Shown here: piece by piece, positions 1 through 13,269 of the stretch
Layout of the letters: every line of letters starts with the position of its first letter
Numbering within the stretch: position 1 is the stretch's first letter
NCBI GenBank assembly: GCA_951406725.2
Contig: OX597833.1
Coordinates: 53,444,001-53,508,000 of the forward strand
Direction: 5' to 3'
Source: Octopus vulgaris
Taxonomy: Eukaryota
Length of the DNA stretch: 64,000 nt
The notes under the pieces: generated by a model
Databases searched by the model: none
The model's input: the letters and a program-made list of their open reading frames with translations, nothing else
What the model was told of the DNA's origin: nothing
Made by a program: the position numbers and the translations under genes

Positions 1-18
1 AGCAGCACCCTAAGGCAC

Positions 19-59
<41 letters not shown>

Positions 60-489
60 ACAGACCGTACCCTCTTCCCTCCTTTTCTACCCTCCGCCGC
101 CGATATAACTTGCTCAAACAGAAATCACTACCCCCCGATTAACCGACCCCCCCGACCCCCCGACCCCCGACCCGTCCTTCTCCTCCGCTCTACCACCCGA
201 CCATCACCCGCTAAACAACGACTATTAACAACGTGTTTGTACAAGTCCAAGTTTTTTAAGAGCAGCAGACAAAAGTATTTTTTCTGTAAGGACTTGATGT
301 ACGTCTTTTACAGCAAGTATTATGGTTACTGTTGTTGTTGTTGTCGTTATCGCTGTTGCTGTTGTTATCTAATGATGTTGTTGCTATTGCTGCTGCTGCT
401 GCTGCAGCTGCGGCTGATGCTGTTATTGCTTTTGACCTTTCGTCTTTAAAAACTATGTCAAGCTGAGAGGTAAAAAAAAAACCACGTAA

Positions 490-1090
490 CTACGACGACA
501 ACGACGACGGCGGCCCGTGGTGGTAGCAACGACGACGACGGTGACGATGGTGGTGGCGTCGTCGGTGGTGGTGGTGGTGGTGGTGGTGGTGATGGTGGTG
601 GTGGTGGTGACGGTAGTGATGGTGGTGGTGTGGTGGTGGTGGTGGTGGTGGTGGTGGTGACGGTGTGGTGGTGGGTGGTGGTGGTGGTGGTGGTGGTGGT
701 GACGGTGGTGGTGGTGGTGATGGTGGTGGTGGTGGTGGTGGTGGTGGTGTGGTGGTGGTGTGGTGGTGGTGGTGTGGTGGTGGTTGTGGTGGTGGTGGTG
801 GTGGTGGTGGTGGTGGTGTGGTGGTGGTGGTGGCGGTGGTGGTGGTGACGGTGTCGGTGCTGGTGCTGGTGCTGGTAGTGGTGCTAGTGGTGCTGGTGGT
901 CGTGGTCGTGGTGCTGGTGGTGGTGCTGGTAGTGGTGCTAGTGGTGCTAGTGGTGCTGGTGGTCGTGGTGGTATTGGTGGTGGTTTTGGTGGTGGTGGTG
1001 GTGGTGGTGGTGGTGGCGTGGTGGTGGTGGTGGTGGTGGTGGTGGCGTCGGTGGTGGTGGTGGTGGTGGTGGTGGTCGTGGTGGTCGTGG
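490..1090. repeat. (GGT)n degenerate microsatellite
   Basis: Direct inspection. Confidence 0.95.
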
Positions 1091-1749
1091 GTTTTGTAGT
1101 GCCCGGCGAAGTGGTAGAGGGGTGGTGGTAATCCAGAAGAAATACCACCGCTTGGTAACTAAGCACACACATTAAACGCGCTACATACATCTACATTACA
1201 TATTATCATACATGCATGCACGCATACATACGTACACATTACATACATGTACATGCACATCTACTCTGTAAATATGAGGCAACGGGAGGTGGTCAATTGG
1301 CCAGCTAGAAATAGCAGCCTAATTCCTCCCTCAGATCACGCATTATACACTTAAACAAAAAACAAAGGAAACAAACAAAGAATATACAAGACAATGTGTT
1401 TAGTCCATCATCATCACCGTCATCATTATCTCAGTAGGCGATGTTTTTTTTTCTGGAGGGTGGTGGCACTTTAGGGTTAGCTATTTATATGCCTGTAAAA
1501 AAACTCAACAGCTGGCCCTGGCGGCACACTCACTAACTAGCTACACCGCCGCACCTTCGTCATCATCATCATCATCATTGTCGTCGTCGCCAGCGTCTAC
1601 TTTTCTATGCTTGCATGGGTCAGACGGAATCTGGCCATATCTATTTGGCTGGATGCCCTTCCTGTCGCCAACCCCTCACCTGTTTCCAAGCTTTAGCTGT
1701 GTTTTTTTATTTATTTATTTCTTCATGGAAGACTTCAAACAAATGACAT

Positions 1750-1793
<44 letters not shown>

Positions 1794-1917
1794 TTGAATT
1801 CTATTAGAGGTTGTTGTGTTAACCTCATGAAGGGATGGTCTCATCCAAAGAAATACTGGTTCAATAATTAGTGTTTCGGAGGAATAAATTTCTTTAAAAT
1901 AATAGGTCTATATATAC

Positions 1918-2298
1918 TCTTTACTCTTTTACTTGTTTCAGTCATTTGACTGCAGCCATGCTGGAGCACCGCCTTTAGTCGAACAAATCGACCCCATGAC
2001 TTATTCTTTGGAAGCCTAGTACTTATTCTATTGGTCACTTTTACTGAACCGCTAAGTTACGGGAACATAAACACACCACCATCGGGGGGACAAACACAGA
2101 CACACAAACATATACACACACATACATATATATGTATATATATACATATAAAGATGGGCTTCTTTCAGTTTCCATCTACCAAGTCCACTCACAAGGCTTT
2201 GGTCGGCCTGAGGCTATAGTAGAAGGTGACACGCAGTGGGACTGAACCCGGAACCATGTGATTGGTAAGCAAGCTACTTACCATACAGCCACTCCTAC
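1918..2298 (-). mobile_element. tRNA-derived SINE family A
   Basis: Head taggagtggctgt(g/a)tggtaag (A box) and ggttcagtccc (B box), internal (TA/TG)n, (AGAGTAAA) tail. More than 15 copies in the window. Confidence 0.85.
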
Positions 2299-3345
2299 GT
2301 ATAATCTATATTCTTATAAAAGAAGAAAGACAAAAAGGAGATTAGGAAGTTAATAATTATTTATTATTAACAGCAAATTAATCATCAGCCCTTACAGCTG
2401 TTTCGATTGATACTCAATAAATATTAATTAGATATTAAATTTATATAACCTGAGCATAATATCTTCAGAGTGGCACCTTGGGCAAGTGTCTTCTACTATA
2501 GCCTCGGGCCAACCAAAGCCTTGTGAGTGGATTTGTTAGACGGAAACTGAAAGAAGCCCGCCGTATATATGTATATATGTATATATGTATATATATATAT
2601 ATGCGTGTGTGTGCTTGACAACCGATGCTGGTGTATTTATGTCCCCGTTACTTAGCGGTTCGGCAAAAGAGACCGATAGAATAAGTACTGGGTTTACAAA
2701 GAATAAGTCCCGGGGTCGAGTTGCTCGATTAAAGGCGGTGCTCCAGCATGGCCACAGTCAAATGACTGAAACAAGTAAGAGAGAAAGAGAGGGGAAAAAT
2801 ATACCCTTGGATGTTTTATATATGGTCATGGATTCATTATAGTAGACTGAACGAATAGATTTGTTCTGTTTTGGTTCATAAGAAATATAAGGAAGAGGAG
2901 AAGAAGAGGTAAAGAAGGCGCATGGCTCAGTGGTTTGAGTGTCAGGCTCACAATCATGGGGTAGTGAGTTCCATTCCTGGATCAGGCTGTGTGTTGTGTT
3001 CTTGAGCAAGACACTTCATTTCATGTTGCTCCATTTCACTCATCTGTAGAAATGAGTCATGACTTTACTGGTGCCAAGCTGTATCAGCCTTTGCCTTTCC
3101 CTTGGGTAACATCGTTGGCATGGGGAAGTTGTTTGGGGGGACAAACACACACACATGTATATATACATATATACGACGGGCTTCTTTCAGTTTCTGTCTA
3201 CCAAATCCACTTACAAGGCTTTGGTCAGTCTGAGGCTATAGTAGAAGACACTTGCCCAAGGTGGTATGCAGTGGGACTGAACCTGGAACCATGTGCATCA
3301 TAAGCAAGCTACTTACCACACAGCCACTCCTAGGCCTACATTATA

Positions 3346-3391
<46 letters not shown>

Positions 3392-3438
3392 TTAGAGACA
3401 AAACCACTGTAAATTTGGATTTATTCCCTAATATTTAT

Positions 3439-3482
<44 letters not shown>

Positions 3483-3953
3483 ATACATATATACATATAT
3501 ATATATACATATGTATATATTTGAAGGGCAGAGCCACTATGTGGTCGGCCGTATGCTAGAAGTAGATCACCTACGATCAAACTACAAAGAAAGGATTGTT
3601 CACATATATATATATATACACACACACAATGTTTCTTCATTTTCCTTCAAGTTCTTAAAGAATATATTTTAAAAGTATGTTTTAAAAAAAACCTGTTCAA
3701 TTTCTGATTATGACATTTCACTCTACTTTCGTCTTATTACTGCAGTCATTTCCAGTGAAATACATGCCTAGACAGGCAAGGCAGGTATTTAAAATATAAA
3801 CTAATGTTTCACAGTGAACAGAACACTTGAGAAGTTTTAGCGATAAGAGGTGATATGATAGGAGGAGATTGTAAGTTATAAAGATAACTGAATTTAATCT
3901 TGATAGTTATTTTTATGGTTATCTGTCAAGAAAACATAGCAACTTCTACATCC

Positions 3954-4040
<87 letters not shown>

Positions 4041-4278
4041 ATGTGTATATATATGTGTGTGTGTGTATATATATATATCACCAGGATCACCAGGACCGAC
4101 CAGGCTATCTGATGTTGCTACACATCGCTGGTCACGATGCGCTTCGCATTGTTTTAGCCTTCAAATGATGCCACCCCACTGGATAAGTGAGCTGGCCAAC
4201 AGAAGAAAGAGTGACCAGCGGTGTGTGGCAACATCTGATAGCCTGGTTGGTCACATGATCACGTGATATATATATATA

Positions 4279-4510
4279 AGGCGGTGAGCTGGCAGAAACG
4301 TTAGCATGCCGGGCGAAATGCTTAGCGGTATTTCGTCTGCTGCTATGTTCTGAGTTCAAATTCTGCCAAGGTCGACTTTACCTTTCATCCTTCCGGGGTC
4401 GATAAATAAAGTACCAGTTACGCACTGGGGTCGATGTAATCGACTTAATCTGTTTGTCTGTCCTTGTTTGTCCCCTCTATGTTTAGCCCCTTGTGGGCAA
4501 TAAAGAAATA
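4279..4510 (+). mobile_element. SINE family B (Nin/MESC-like core; other copies about 6966, 10190, 28950-29360 -, 34200, 47336-47583 -)
   Basis: ggcggtgagctggcagaaacgttag...gagttcaaattc...gccttt catcc...ggtcgataaa...agtaccag. Confidence 0.8.
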
Positions 4511-5889
4511 ATGTGTGTATGTGTGTGTGTATGTGTGTATTTGTGTGTGTGTGTATGTGTGTGTGTGTATGTGTGTATTTGTGTGTGTGTGTGTATGTGT
4601 GTATTTGTGTGTGTGTGTGTGTGTATTCTTATTAATATTTAGCAGTAGCAACAGAGTAACTCAAGGGCCAATATATATGTATGTCAGAGAATCCTACTTT
4701 CAAAGACATTAGAATTTTGTACTTCTTTGAAATTATTAAAAGTCTCAAAACTTCTGGAATGCACCAAGCATTGCCCATAGCAGACTGTTTCCACTACCCC
4801 ACCTCTAAAAATGTTGCTGACTCAAAACCACCACCATCACTGGATAAACATGTATGTTTGATATTTATGGCTAGTAAAAAAAATATTTCAGAATTTAAAT
4901 CTTTATTTTAACGGTGATCTTGATCTTCTGACGAGGCTTTGTTTCTTTTCAATGCCGAGAAAGAGAAAAGGTGGAAGGCAAGAGAGGTTGAGGAAATTTC
5001 AAAATTTCAGGTCAGTGCCACACAGAAATGTCAGAAAGACTAAGGTCATGGACGGGGGGGGGGAGAATTGGAGGTAGGGGACGGGGTCAAAGATTTAGGT
5101 GTACTGGGAGAGTAGGAATGATCACAGGTAGTTTGATTAGTCTAGGCCTGACCTCACTTACGTCACTTACAGGAATGCCATGTAATATGAAACTCTGAGA
5201 AAATATATATAAAAAAAAAATAAAACGTATTCTTTAATTCAATTGGTTTTGTTGCATTATACTCTTTACTCTTTTACTTGTTTCAGTCATTTGACTGTGG
5301 CCATGCTGGAGCACCACCTTTAGTTGAGCACATCGACCCCCAGGACTTATTCTTTTTAAGCCTAGTACTTATTCTATCGGTCTCTTTAGCCGAACCGCAA
5401 AGTACGAGGGACGTAAACACACCAGCATCGGTTGTCAAGCGATGCTAGGGGGACAAACACAGACACACAAACCTATACACACACACATACATATATACAT
5501 ATACATTTATACGACGGGTTTCTTTCAGTTTCTGTCTACCAAATCCACTCACAAGGCTTTGTTCTTATTCGGCCTGAGGTTATAGCAGAAGACACTTGCC
5601 CAAGGTGCCACGCAGTGGGACTGAACCTGGAACCATGTACTAGGCTTACATAGAATAAGTCCTGGGGTCGATTTGCTCGACTAAAGGCAGTGCTCCAGCA
5701 TGGTCGCAGTAAAATGACTGAAACAAGTAAAAGAGTAAAAGAGTAAGCGTTTTGCCTGGCATGCGAACAATTATGCCAGCTCACTCTCTTTTTATCAACC
5801 CCACAAAAGGATGAATGGCAAAGTCAGCCTTGCAGAATTTGAACTCAGAATGTAAAGATGGACAGAATGCCGCTATGGATTTTCCCCAA

Positions 5890-6240
5890 CATCATCATCA
5901 TCATCATCATCGTTTAATGTCCGTTTTCCGCGCTAGCACGGGTTGGACGGTTCGACCGGGGCCTGGGAAGCCAGAGGCTGCACCGGGCTCCAGTCTGATC
6001 TGGCAGTGTTTCTACAGCTGGATGCCCTTCCTAATGCCAACCACTCCGCGAGTGTAGTGGGTGCTTTTTACATGCCATGTGCACAGGTGCCAGGGGAGTC
6101 TGGCATCGGCCACGATCGGTTGGTGCTTTTAACGTGCCACCGGCACGGAAGCCAGTCAAGGCGGCGCTGGCATCGGCCACATTCGGATGGTGCTTTTTAT
6201 GTGCTACCGGCACAGAAGCCAGTCGAGGCGGTGCTGGCAA
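5890..6240 (-). mobile_element. Non-autonomous retroelement 3' end with (GAT)n tail (copies about 12700, 21708, 31790, 34430, 36543, 48740, 53755, 56190)
   Basis: Shared ggaagggcatccagc...gctagcatggaaagcggacgttaaacgatgatgat terminus, with tandem gtggcacgtaaaaagcacc subrepeats. Confidence 0.75.
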
Positions 6241-6848
6241 CATGTTAACAATTCTACCAGCTCGCCACCTTATATCTCCTATGTGTAATGCTTTGGTAGG
6301 ATTCGAAGAAGATTTGACTAGCATTGTTTCTACCAGGTCGAACAACCAGGTAGAGGTTCCTTGGGGAACAGTGAAAGTTCAATTTGACTGTGGGTTGATA
6401 AAAAGATCTTATCAAATTTATCAAATGCTGAAAAACATTTCATGGCAACCCAAACCGTAACAACTATTATGACATTTCAACTGACAATAATAATGTTAAT
6501 AACAATTTCTTTCATTGATTCAAGGTTTATTAATTTGAAGGTAAGTAGTGCAAAAGGTGAGGAGGGGGTGAGCAGTATAGTTGACCAGATTGACCCCTGG
6601 TGCTGGTACCTATCTTATCGACCTTGCAGGGACAAATGACAAAAGTCAACCCCAGCGGGATTTGAAGAGAGAATTAGGAGAAAGGGCACTTAATATTGGT
6701 AGAGACAGTCTGGTATTTTATCAATGTCTGTTACTTCACAATTTAATTATGACAATATAGGGAAAAGTTAATAACTTGGTTGGGGTGTGCCTTGTAAACT
6801 GGAAGAGGCAGTAAAGGTCAAAAGCAAACACACATGCACGTGCATGGG

Positions 6849-6903
<55 letters not shown>

Positions 6904-7243
6904 ACAACACACACATGTGAGACAACCAGTTGCTCAATCAGTTAGAAATATATACATACATATAAAGGCAGTGAGCTGGCAGAAGCGTTAGCATGCCGGC
7001 CAAAATGCTTCGTGGCATTTTGTTGGCCTTTAATGTTGAGTTCAAATTCTACTGAGGTTCGACTTTGCCTTTCATCCTGTCAGGGTCGATGAAATAAGTA
7101 CCAGTTATGCACTGGGGTTGATGTAACCGACTTAACCCCACCCTTGAAATTGCTGGCCTTGTGTCATAATTTGAAACCAATATATATACATACATATATA
7201 CATAGGTATACATACACATTAATGTATATATATGTATAATGTA

Positions 7244-7277
<34 letters not shown>

Positions 7278-7482
7278 GGGGGAGAATTCACGAAAAAAAC
7301 AAAATGTGAAGACAGGTGGTGTAGAAAACAAACAGATGTTTAATGCTCGGGAATTGAAAAAGTCTTTTACGTTTCGAGCTTACGCTCTTCCACAGAAAGG
7401 GACACAGAAAAAACAAGGAGAGAAAAAAAATGTGTAGTGGCTACCGGTCTATCATGGCGTATGCATATATATATATATATGT

Positions 7483-7812
7483 GAAGGCGCATGGCTCAGT
7501 GGTTAGAGCGTCGAGCTTACGATCGTGAGGTTGTGAGCTCGAATCCCGGACCGGGCTGCGTGTTGTGTTCTTGAGCAAAGCACTTTATTTCACGTTGCTC
7601 CAGTTCACTCAGCTGTAGAAATGAGTTGCGACGTCACTGGTGCCAAGCTGTATCGACCTTTGCCTTTCCCTTGGATAACACTGGTGGCGTGGAGAGGGGA
7701 GGCCGGTATGCATGGGCGACTGCTGGTCTTCCAAAAACAACCTTGCCCAGACTTGTGACTAGGAGGGTAACTTTCTAGGTGCAATCCCATGGTCATTCAT
7801 GACCGAAGGGGG
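7483..7812 (+). mobile_element. tRNA-derived SINE family C (copies about 2914, 31125-31372 -, 47173)
   Basis: ggcgcatggctcagtggttagagc...gagctcgaatccc...gttcttgagcaa. Confidence 0.8.
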
Positions 7813-7820
7813 GGTCTGGT

Positions 7821-7868
<48 letters not shown>

Positions 7869-7902
7869 GCAAATATCTACAGACGTGCAAATGCACCATG
7901 AC

Positions 7903-8180
7903 CTGACTTTTTGTCCGATGTCACTTTGTCCAATGTCACTTTGTCCAATATTTTTGGTCTGATGTCTTTTTGTCTGATGAATTTTTTTGTCCAATGACAT
8001 TTTGTCCAATTCTAAATAAACTCTTTAGAAAACAAGGTGAACATCAAAATCAAATAGTCGTCGAGGATCTAATAGATAGGCTTTGTCGTTGGACAAAATA
8101 ATCAAACAAAAAGACATTGGACCAAAAGATGATGGACGGAAAGATGTTTGATGAAGTGACATCAGACGAAAAGACATAGC
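7903..8180. mobile_element. Foldback-like MITE with arms of 15-bp subrepeats
   Basis: (tttgtccaatgtcac)-like units at 7905-8010 are mirrored by (ttggacaaaa/atcagacgaaaagac) units at 8089-8177. Confidence 0.6.
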
Positions 8181-8470
8181 AGCTAAATGCACATACATTA
8201 TGTTAAGTCTAAACTGTGTTATATAACTTATAGCAGTTTAGCTAGAGCATGTTCAGTCTGAGATGGCCCTTAAATTTACAGACTGTCCTCCACCTGGGCC
8301 CCAAAGCCTTTACAGACTTAAACAACAGACCCAAATGTGCTACCATCCTAAAAATGCCACCCAGGGCATCATGCCCCATAACCTTGCCCTCACCTCATCA
8401 CCCCCATTGTTCCCCCACCCACCGCCCCCGTCGTCCACAACCCCCACTGGTTCTCACCTTACCCCTACAG

Positions 8471-8632
8471 TTATGCTGCCGATGACTTTTACATTCAAGT
8501 TCTGGTACTTAAAACAGTCGTCGTGAGGGGTTTCTGTCGAAACACGAATGCTTTTAAAGCAGACAGTTTTGCACCAAGGGACCAGAAGCCACTTCAGGAA
8601 GGATTAATATCCAAGGGGCTACGCAGTAATAG
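8471..8632 (+). CDS. Possible upstream exon of the same gene (YAADDFYIQVLVLKTVVVRGFCRNTNAFKADSFAPRDQKPLQEGLISKGLRSN)
   Basis: Acceptor cccctacag, strong donor ag|gtatga, protein-like open frame in unique sequence. This donor (phase 2) does not match exon 11050 (phase 1); the weak donor a|gtaata at 8626 would. Confidence 0.5.
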
Positions 8633-9017
8633 GTATGACAATGCATATGCAACCGTTCCATGAGAATGTCAGATAGTATTCAGCTGTATGTTTGTGACAA
8701 ATTCTGGAGAAGAAACTTCCTTTCTTTCTTATATATTCTTATCATGTAAGGATACCATTCAATGCTTGTGTGTCAGTTACCACTTTACAGCATGCACTGG
8801 GTGCATGCACTGGGTGCATGTACTGAGTGCCACAGGCACTTGTGTGGTTGCCATGAAGCTTACAAGGGTGCAGACCCTGAGAGAAGTGACTTTATGCTAA
8901 GAGATGAGGAGTGGGATTAAAGTATGAGAGACAAGTCCAGGGCAGAACAGATTTCTTGCTATATAGTGGGGGCTGCAAGGCAACTCACATTTTAGAAAAT
9001 ATGTACATATGTACATA

Positions 9018-9556
9018 TAGGTGCAAGAGTGGCTGTGTGGTAAGTAGCTTCCTTACCAACCACATGGTTCCGGGTTCAGTCCCACTGCGTGGCACCCTGG
9101 GCAAGTGTCTTCTGCTATAGCCTCGGGCCGGCCATAGGCGCAGAAGTGGCTGTGTGGTAAGTAGCTTGCTTACCAGCCACATGGTTTTGGGTTCAGTCCC
9201 ACAGCGTGGCATCTTGGGCAAGTGTCTTCTGCTATAGCCTCGGGCCGACCAATGCCTTGTGAGTGGATTTGGTAGACGGAAACTGAAAGAAGCCCGTCGT
9301 ATATATGTATATATATATATGTGTATGTATGTATGTGTGTATATGTTTGTGTGTCTGTGTTTGTCCCCCTAGCATTGCTTGACAAACGATGCTGGCGTGT
9401 TTACGTCCCTGTCACTTAGCGGTTCGGCAAAAGAGACCGATATAATAAGTACTGGGCTTACAAAGAATAAGTCCCGGCGTCGATTTGCTCGACTGAATGC
9501 GGTACTCCAGCATGGCTGCAGTCAAATGACTGAAACAAGTAAAAGAGTAAAAGAGT
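9018..9556 (+). mobile_element. SINE family A with duplicated head
   Basis: Head 9018-9130 is repeated at 9136, followed by a full body. Confidence 0.85.
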
Positions 9557-9867
9557 ATATGTATGTATGTATGTATGAATGAATGACAGCAGCAATTCAT
9601 TGATTCTGATTCAGTCTAAAAGCCATGTTCCTCAAAGCTTCGAAGAGGAACCTGCAGCAATTCAATAATATTACAATAATACAATACAATACAATGTACA
9701 ATAAAATAAAAATCGGACATAACTTTCTGGACACCCTGTATATGTATATAGCCATATATACATAAATATACATATATGTATGTGTGTGTGTGTGTGTGTG
9801 TTTGTGTGTGTGAGTGTGTGTGTGAGTGTGTGTGTGTGTTTGTGTGTTTGTGCGTGTGAGTGTGTGT

Positions 9868-9956
<89 letters not shown>

Positions 9957-9958
<2 letters not shown>

Positions 9959-10163
9959 CAAGGGGGAGTACTGAAAAGTTCCTGGTTTTAAGGGTATCGT
10001 GAAAGGCCTGGCTGGAGGCCTAACGTTCTGTGTTCTTTTACAGGGCTTAGAAAAAGCTGAAAGACCATTGCAATAAGTGTGTGAATCTGAGAAGGGGATA
10101 GGTTGAATAAAATCATAATTAAATGATCCTCTTGTATTTTCTTTTACCCAAAGCCAGGAACTT
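9957..10163. mobile_element. mariner-type MITE with truncated right TIR
   Basis: tacaagggggagtactgaaaagttcctggtttt ... aaagccaggaactt. Confidence 0.6.
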
Positions 10164-10670
10164 ATATATACATATAAATACATATATAAAGGCGGTGAGC
10201 TGGCAGAAACGTTAGCATGCCGGGCGAAATGCGTAGCCGTATTTCGTCTGCGGTTACGTTCTGAGTTCAAATTCCGCCGAGGTCGACTTTGCCTTTCATC
10301 CTTTCGGGGTCGATAAATTATGCACTGGGGTCGATGTAATTGACTTAATCCGCTTGTCTGTCCTTGTTTGTCCCTCTGTGTTTAGCCCCTTGTGGGTAGT
10401 AAAAAAACATATATACATATACAACCAAACTTACACACACACATACACACACACACACTCTTTTACTTGTTTCAGTCATTTCATTGTGGCCATGCTGGAG
10501 CACTTCCTTTAGTCGAATACATTGACCCCAGTACTTATTCTTAGTAAGACTAGTACTTATACTATTGGTCACTTTTGCGGAACTGCTAAGTTACAGGGAC
10601 GTAAACACACCAGCATCAGTTGTCAAGCAATGTTGGGGGGACAAACACAGACACACACACATACATATAA

Positions 10671-10768
<98 letters not shown>

Positions 10769-11049
10769 GTATATATATTTATATATATATATATGTATAT
10801 ATATGATGGGCTTCTTTCAGTTTCTGTCTACCAAATCCACTCACTAGGCTTTGGTTGGCCCGAGGCTATAGTAGAAGACACTTGCCCAAGGTGCAAAACT
10901 GGGACTGAACCCAGAACCATGTAGTCCGTAAGCAAGCTACTTACCACACAGCCACTCCTACGCCTACATACAAACTTTTTATTTGTAAATATAATTTTGC
11001 TTATATATAATTTGTGTGTATAATTTTGCTTTTGGTCCATCTTTTACAG

Positions 11050-11214
11050 TATCTCAACTTAAAAAGAAGAAGCAAATCGACAAGGAAGTTGAATACCCTG
11101 TTGCATATGGACGCTGGATGAAACCCAAATGCCTGGTGTATGCAAAGTTTGACTTTCTGTGCATCGACGCAACAGTGTTTTCCACCAAACATCCAGACAG
11201 AGCTGAAGAACTTG
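11050..11214 (+). CDS. Internal coding exon of retropepsin-like aspartic protease gene (SQLKKKKQIDKEVEYPVAYGRWMKPKCLVYAKFDFLCIDATVFSTKHPDRAEEL)
   Basis: Acceptor ttttacag at 11042-11049, donor g|gtaagt at 11215. 165 nt, phase 1-1, open and non-repetitive. Phase matches the next exon (G+AA=Glu). Confidence 0.8.
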
Positions 11215-11335
11215 GTAAGTTAATTAGAACAGCTCACTTTGGCTTAGTACGTGGGTATGGACATGTGCGTGCATGTGTGCGTGTACATGTATTTTGTGTA
11301 TATGTGTGTATGTATATATATATATATATATATAT

Positions 11336-11536
11336 CAGTGCTTTTCAAACTTTTTGCTGGAGCGGAACCCCAAGGAAACATTCCACTGGCTCAAGGAACC
11401 CCTGTGCAATAATTTAATAGTCTTATGCACACATTTCTGCACAGGAGAATTAAAAATTACTGCCGATTTTAGCAGTTTTGTAACTTCTTGCGGAACCCCT
11501 GGACTGTACTCGCAGAACCCTGGTTGAAAAGCACTG
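11336..11536. mobile_element. Second copy of the same hAT MITE, opposite orientation
   Basis: TIR cagtgcttttcaa / ttgaaaagcactg, inserted in (TA)n. Confidence 0.85.
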
Positions 11537-11655
11537 ATATATATATATATATATATATATATAAAGGGAAAGTTTACGAAAATAAATAAAAGACGAAGGC
11601 AGGTGGTGTACAAAACAAACAGATGTATTAGTATAGCGCTCAGGAATAGAAAAAG

Positions 11656-11693
11656 TCTTTTACGTTTCGAGCCTACGCTCTTCGACAGAAAGA
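11656..11693 (-). ncRNA. Minimal hammerhead-like motif with CUGUCGA core (related copies at 7364-7399 -, 18433-18470 -, 40122-40157 +, 47674-47709 -)
   Basis: Minus strand reads UCUUU CUGUCGA A GAGC GUAG GCUC GAA ACGU A AAAGA. Confidence 0.55.
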
Positions 11694-12050
11694 TACACAG
11701 AAAAAAAAACAAGGAGAGAAACAAGGTGAGAAAAAGATATATATATATACACACACATCCCACAGTGGTGCTCCAGCAGGGCTGAAACAAATAAAAAAAT
11801 ATGCATGTATATATATATATATATATATGTATATGTGTATGTATATATATATGTATATGTGTATGTGTATGTATATATATATATATGTATATGTATATGT
11901 ATATGCCTGCTCACTTAGCCAGCGGGGTGGCATCATTTGAAGGCTAAAACAACGCAAAGCGCATTGTGACCAGCGATGTGTAACAACATCTGATAGCCTG
12001 GTCGGTCAAGGTGATATGTATTTGTATATATCTATCTATCTATCTATCTA

Positions 12051-12093
<43 letters not shown>

Positions 12094-12094
<1 letters not shown>

Positions 12095-12275
12095 GGAAAT
12101 GGGATTTGCCCACTCTATAGGAACAAGTCATGGAACACTATAGAAAGGACAAAAAAGAAAATAGGGAAGGCCAACTCTTGGTATGATAGCCATGAATACC
12201 AGAGTGTCATGTTCGTTGACACCACCCCTGGAGGTGAACTGGCGTACCACTTTAGAAGGACCCTAGATAAACTTA

Positions 12276-12279
<4 letters not shown>
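12094..12279 (+). mobile_element. Penelope-like element ORF fragment (region C-terminal to RT)
   Basis: CPLYRNKSW...NSWYDSHEYQSVMFVDTTPGGELAYHFRR resembles the PLYR..W / SVLFVPxTPGxEL segment of PLE proteins. Inserted in (TA)n. Confidence 0.65.
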
Positions 12280-12319
<40 letters not shown>

Positions 12320-13232
12320 ATATATACACACATATATACATATATATATATATATGTGTGTGTATATGTGTTGGTTTGTTTATCTGATACCCTTCCTGAT
12401 GCCAACCACTTTACAAGGTATGCAGGGTGCTATTACATGGTGTCGCAGGGGCACTTTTACATGGTGTCACACAGGTGCTTTTAACATGGTACCACACGGG
12501 CGTTTTTATGTGGCACAGCATGGGCCCTTTTGCATGGCACCAGAGGGGCCAGTCTTTACACTTCTGCTGTGGAGCATGAGTCTTCTTGGGTACAGCAAGG
12601 TGCCAAGCATCCCAGTCCTTTGTCATCTCACCTGAAAGGTTCAGCATTCCAAAGTTGTTCTTCAGTTCTACATCCAGTCATACTTTTATTTTATTTTAGG
12701 AAGGCCTCCGTGACGGTGGCACGTAAAAAGCACCATCCGAGCGTGGCTGTTTGCCAGCCTCGTCTGGCACCTGTGTCGGTGGCACGTAAAAAGCACCCAC
12801 TACACTCACGGAGTGGTTGGCGTTAGGAAGGGCATCCAGCCATAGAAGCACTGCCAGATCTGACTGGAGCCTGGTGCAACCTCCTGGCTTCCCAGACCCC
12901 AGTTGAACCGTCCAACCCATGCTAGCATGGAAAGCGGACGTTAAACGATGATGATGATGATGATGAAATTAAGGGGGTCAATAAGTTATAAATGATTCCA
13001 TGAAGGGGTTAGTAATATAAGAAGTATATTGACCCCTGCTCTTCACAGTTAGGTAACCTGCTACAAAACACCAATAAGTGTTCCAGCCAATGAAGTAGTC
13101 TCCTTACGAGACAGCTAGAAATAACTGGACACTGACCTTTTTATTTGGCTCTCACATTAACTGGACATTGACCTTATCTCTCCGCCACTGTCTTTGTTTG
13201 TCCATGTATTCTCTCTCTCTCCTCCATACATG

Positions 13233-13269
<37 letters not shown>

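Noticed and set aside
453-1190. Pro/His/Gly-rich ORFs
   Set aside because: Translations of (GGT)n. The same applies to the YI, CV, HT, MYVC and poly-K/L/S ORFs elsewhere.
4925-4965. CTGACGA-GGC...GCC-GAGA hammerhead-like motif on the + strand
   Set aside because: GAAA and stem III/NUH are not satisfied. May be chance or too decayed.
7483-7560. tRNA gene-like heads
   Set aside because: These are SINE 5' domains continuing into SINE bodies, without a complete cloverleaf.
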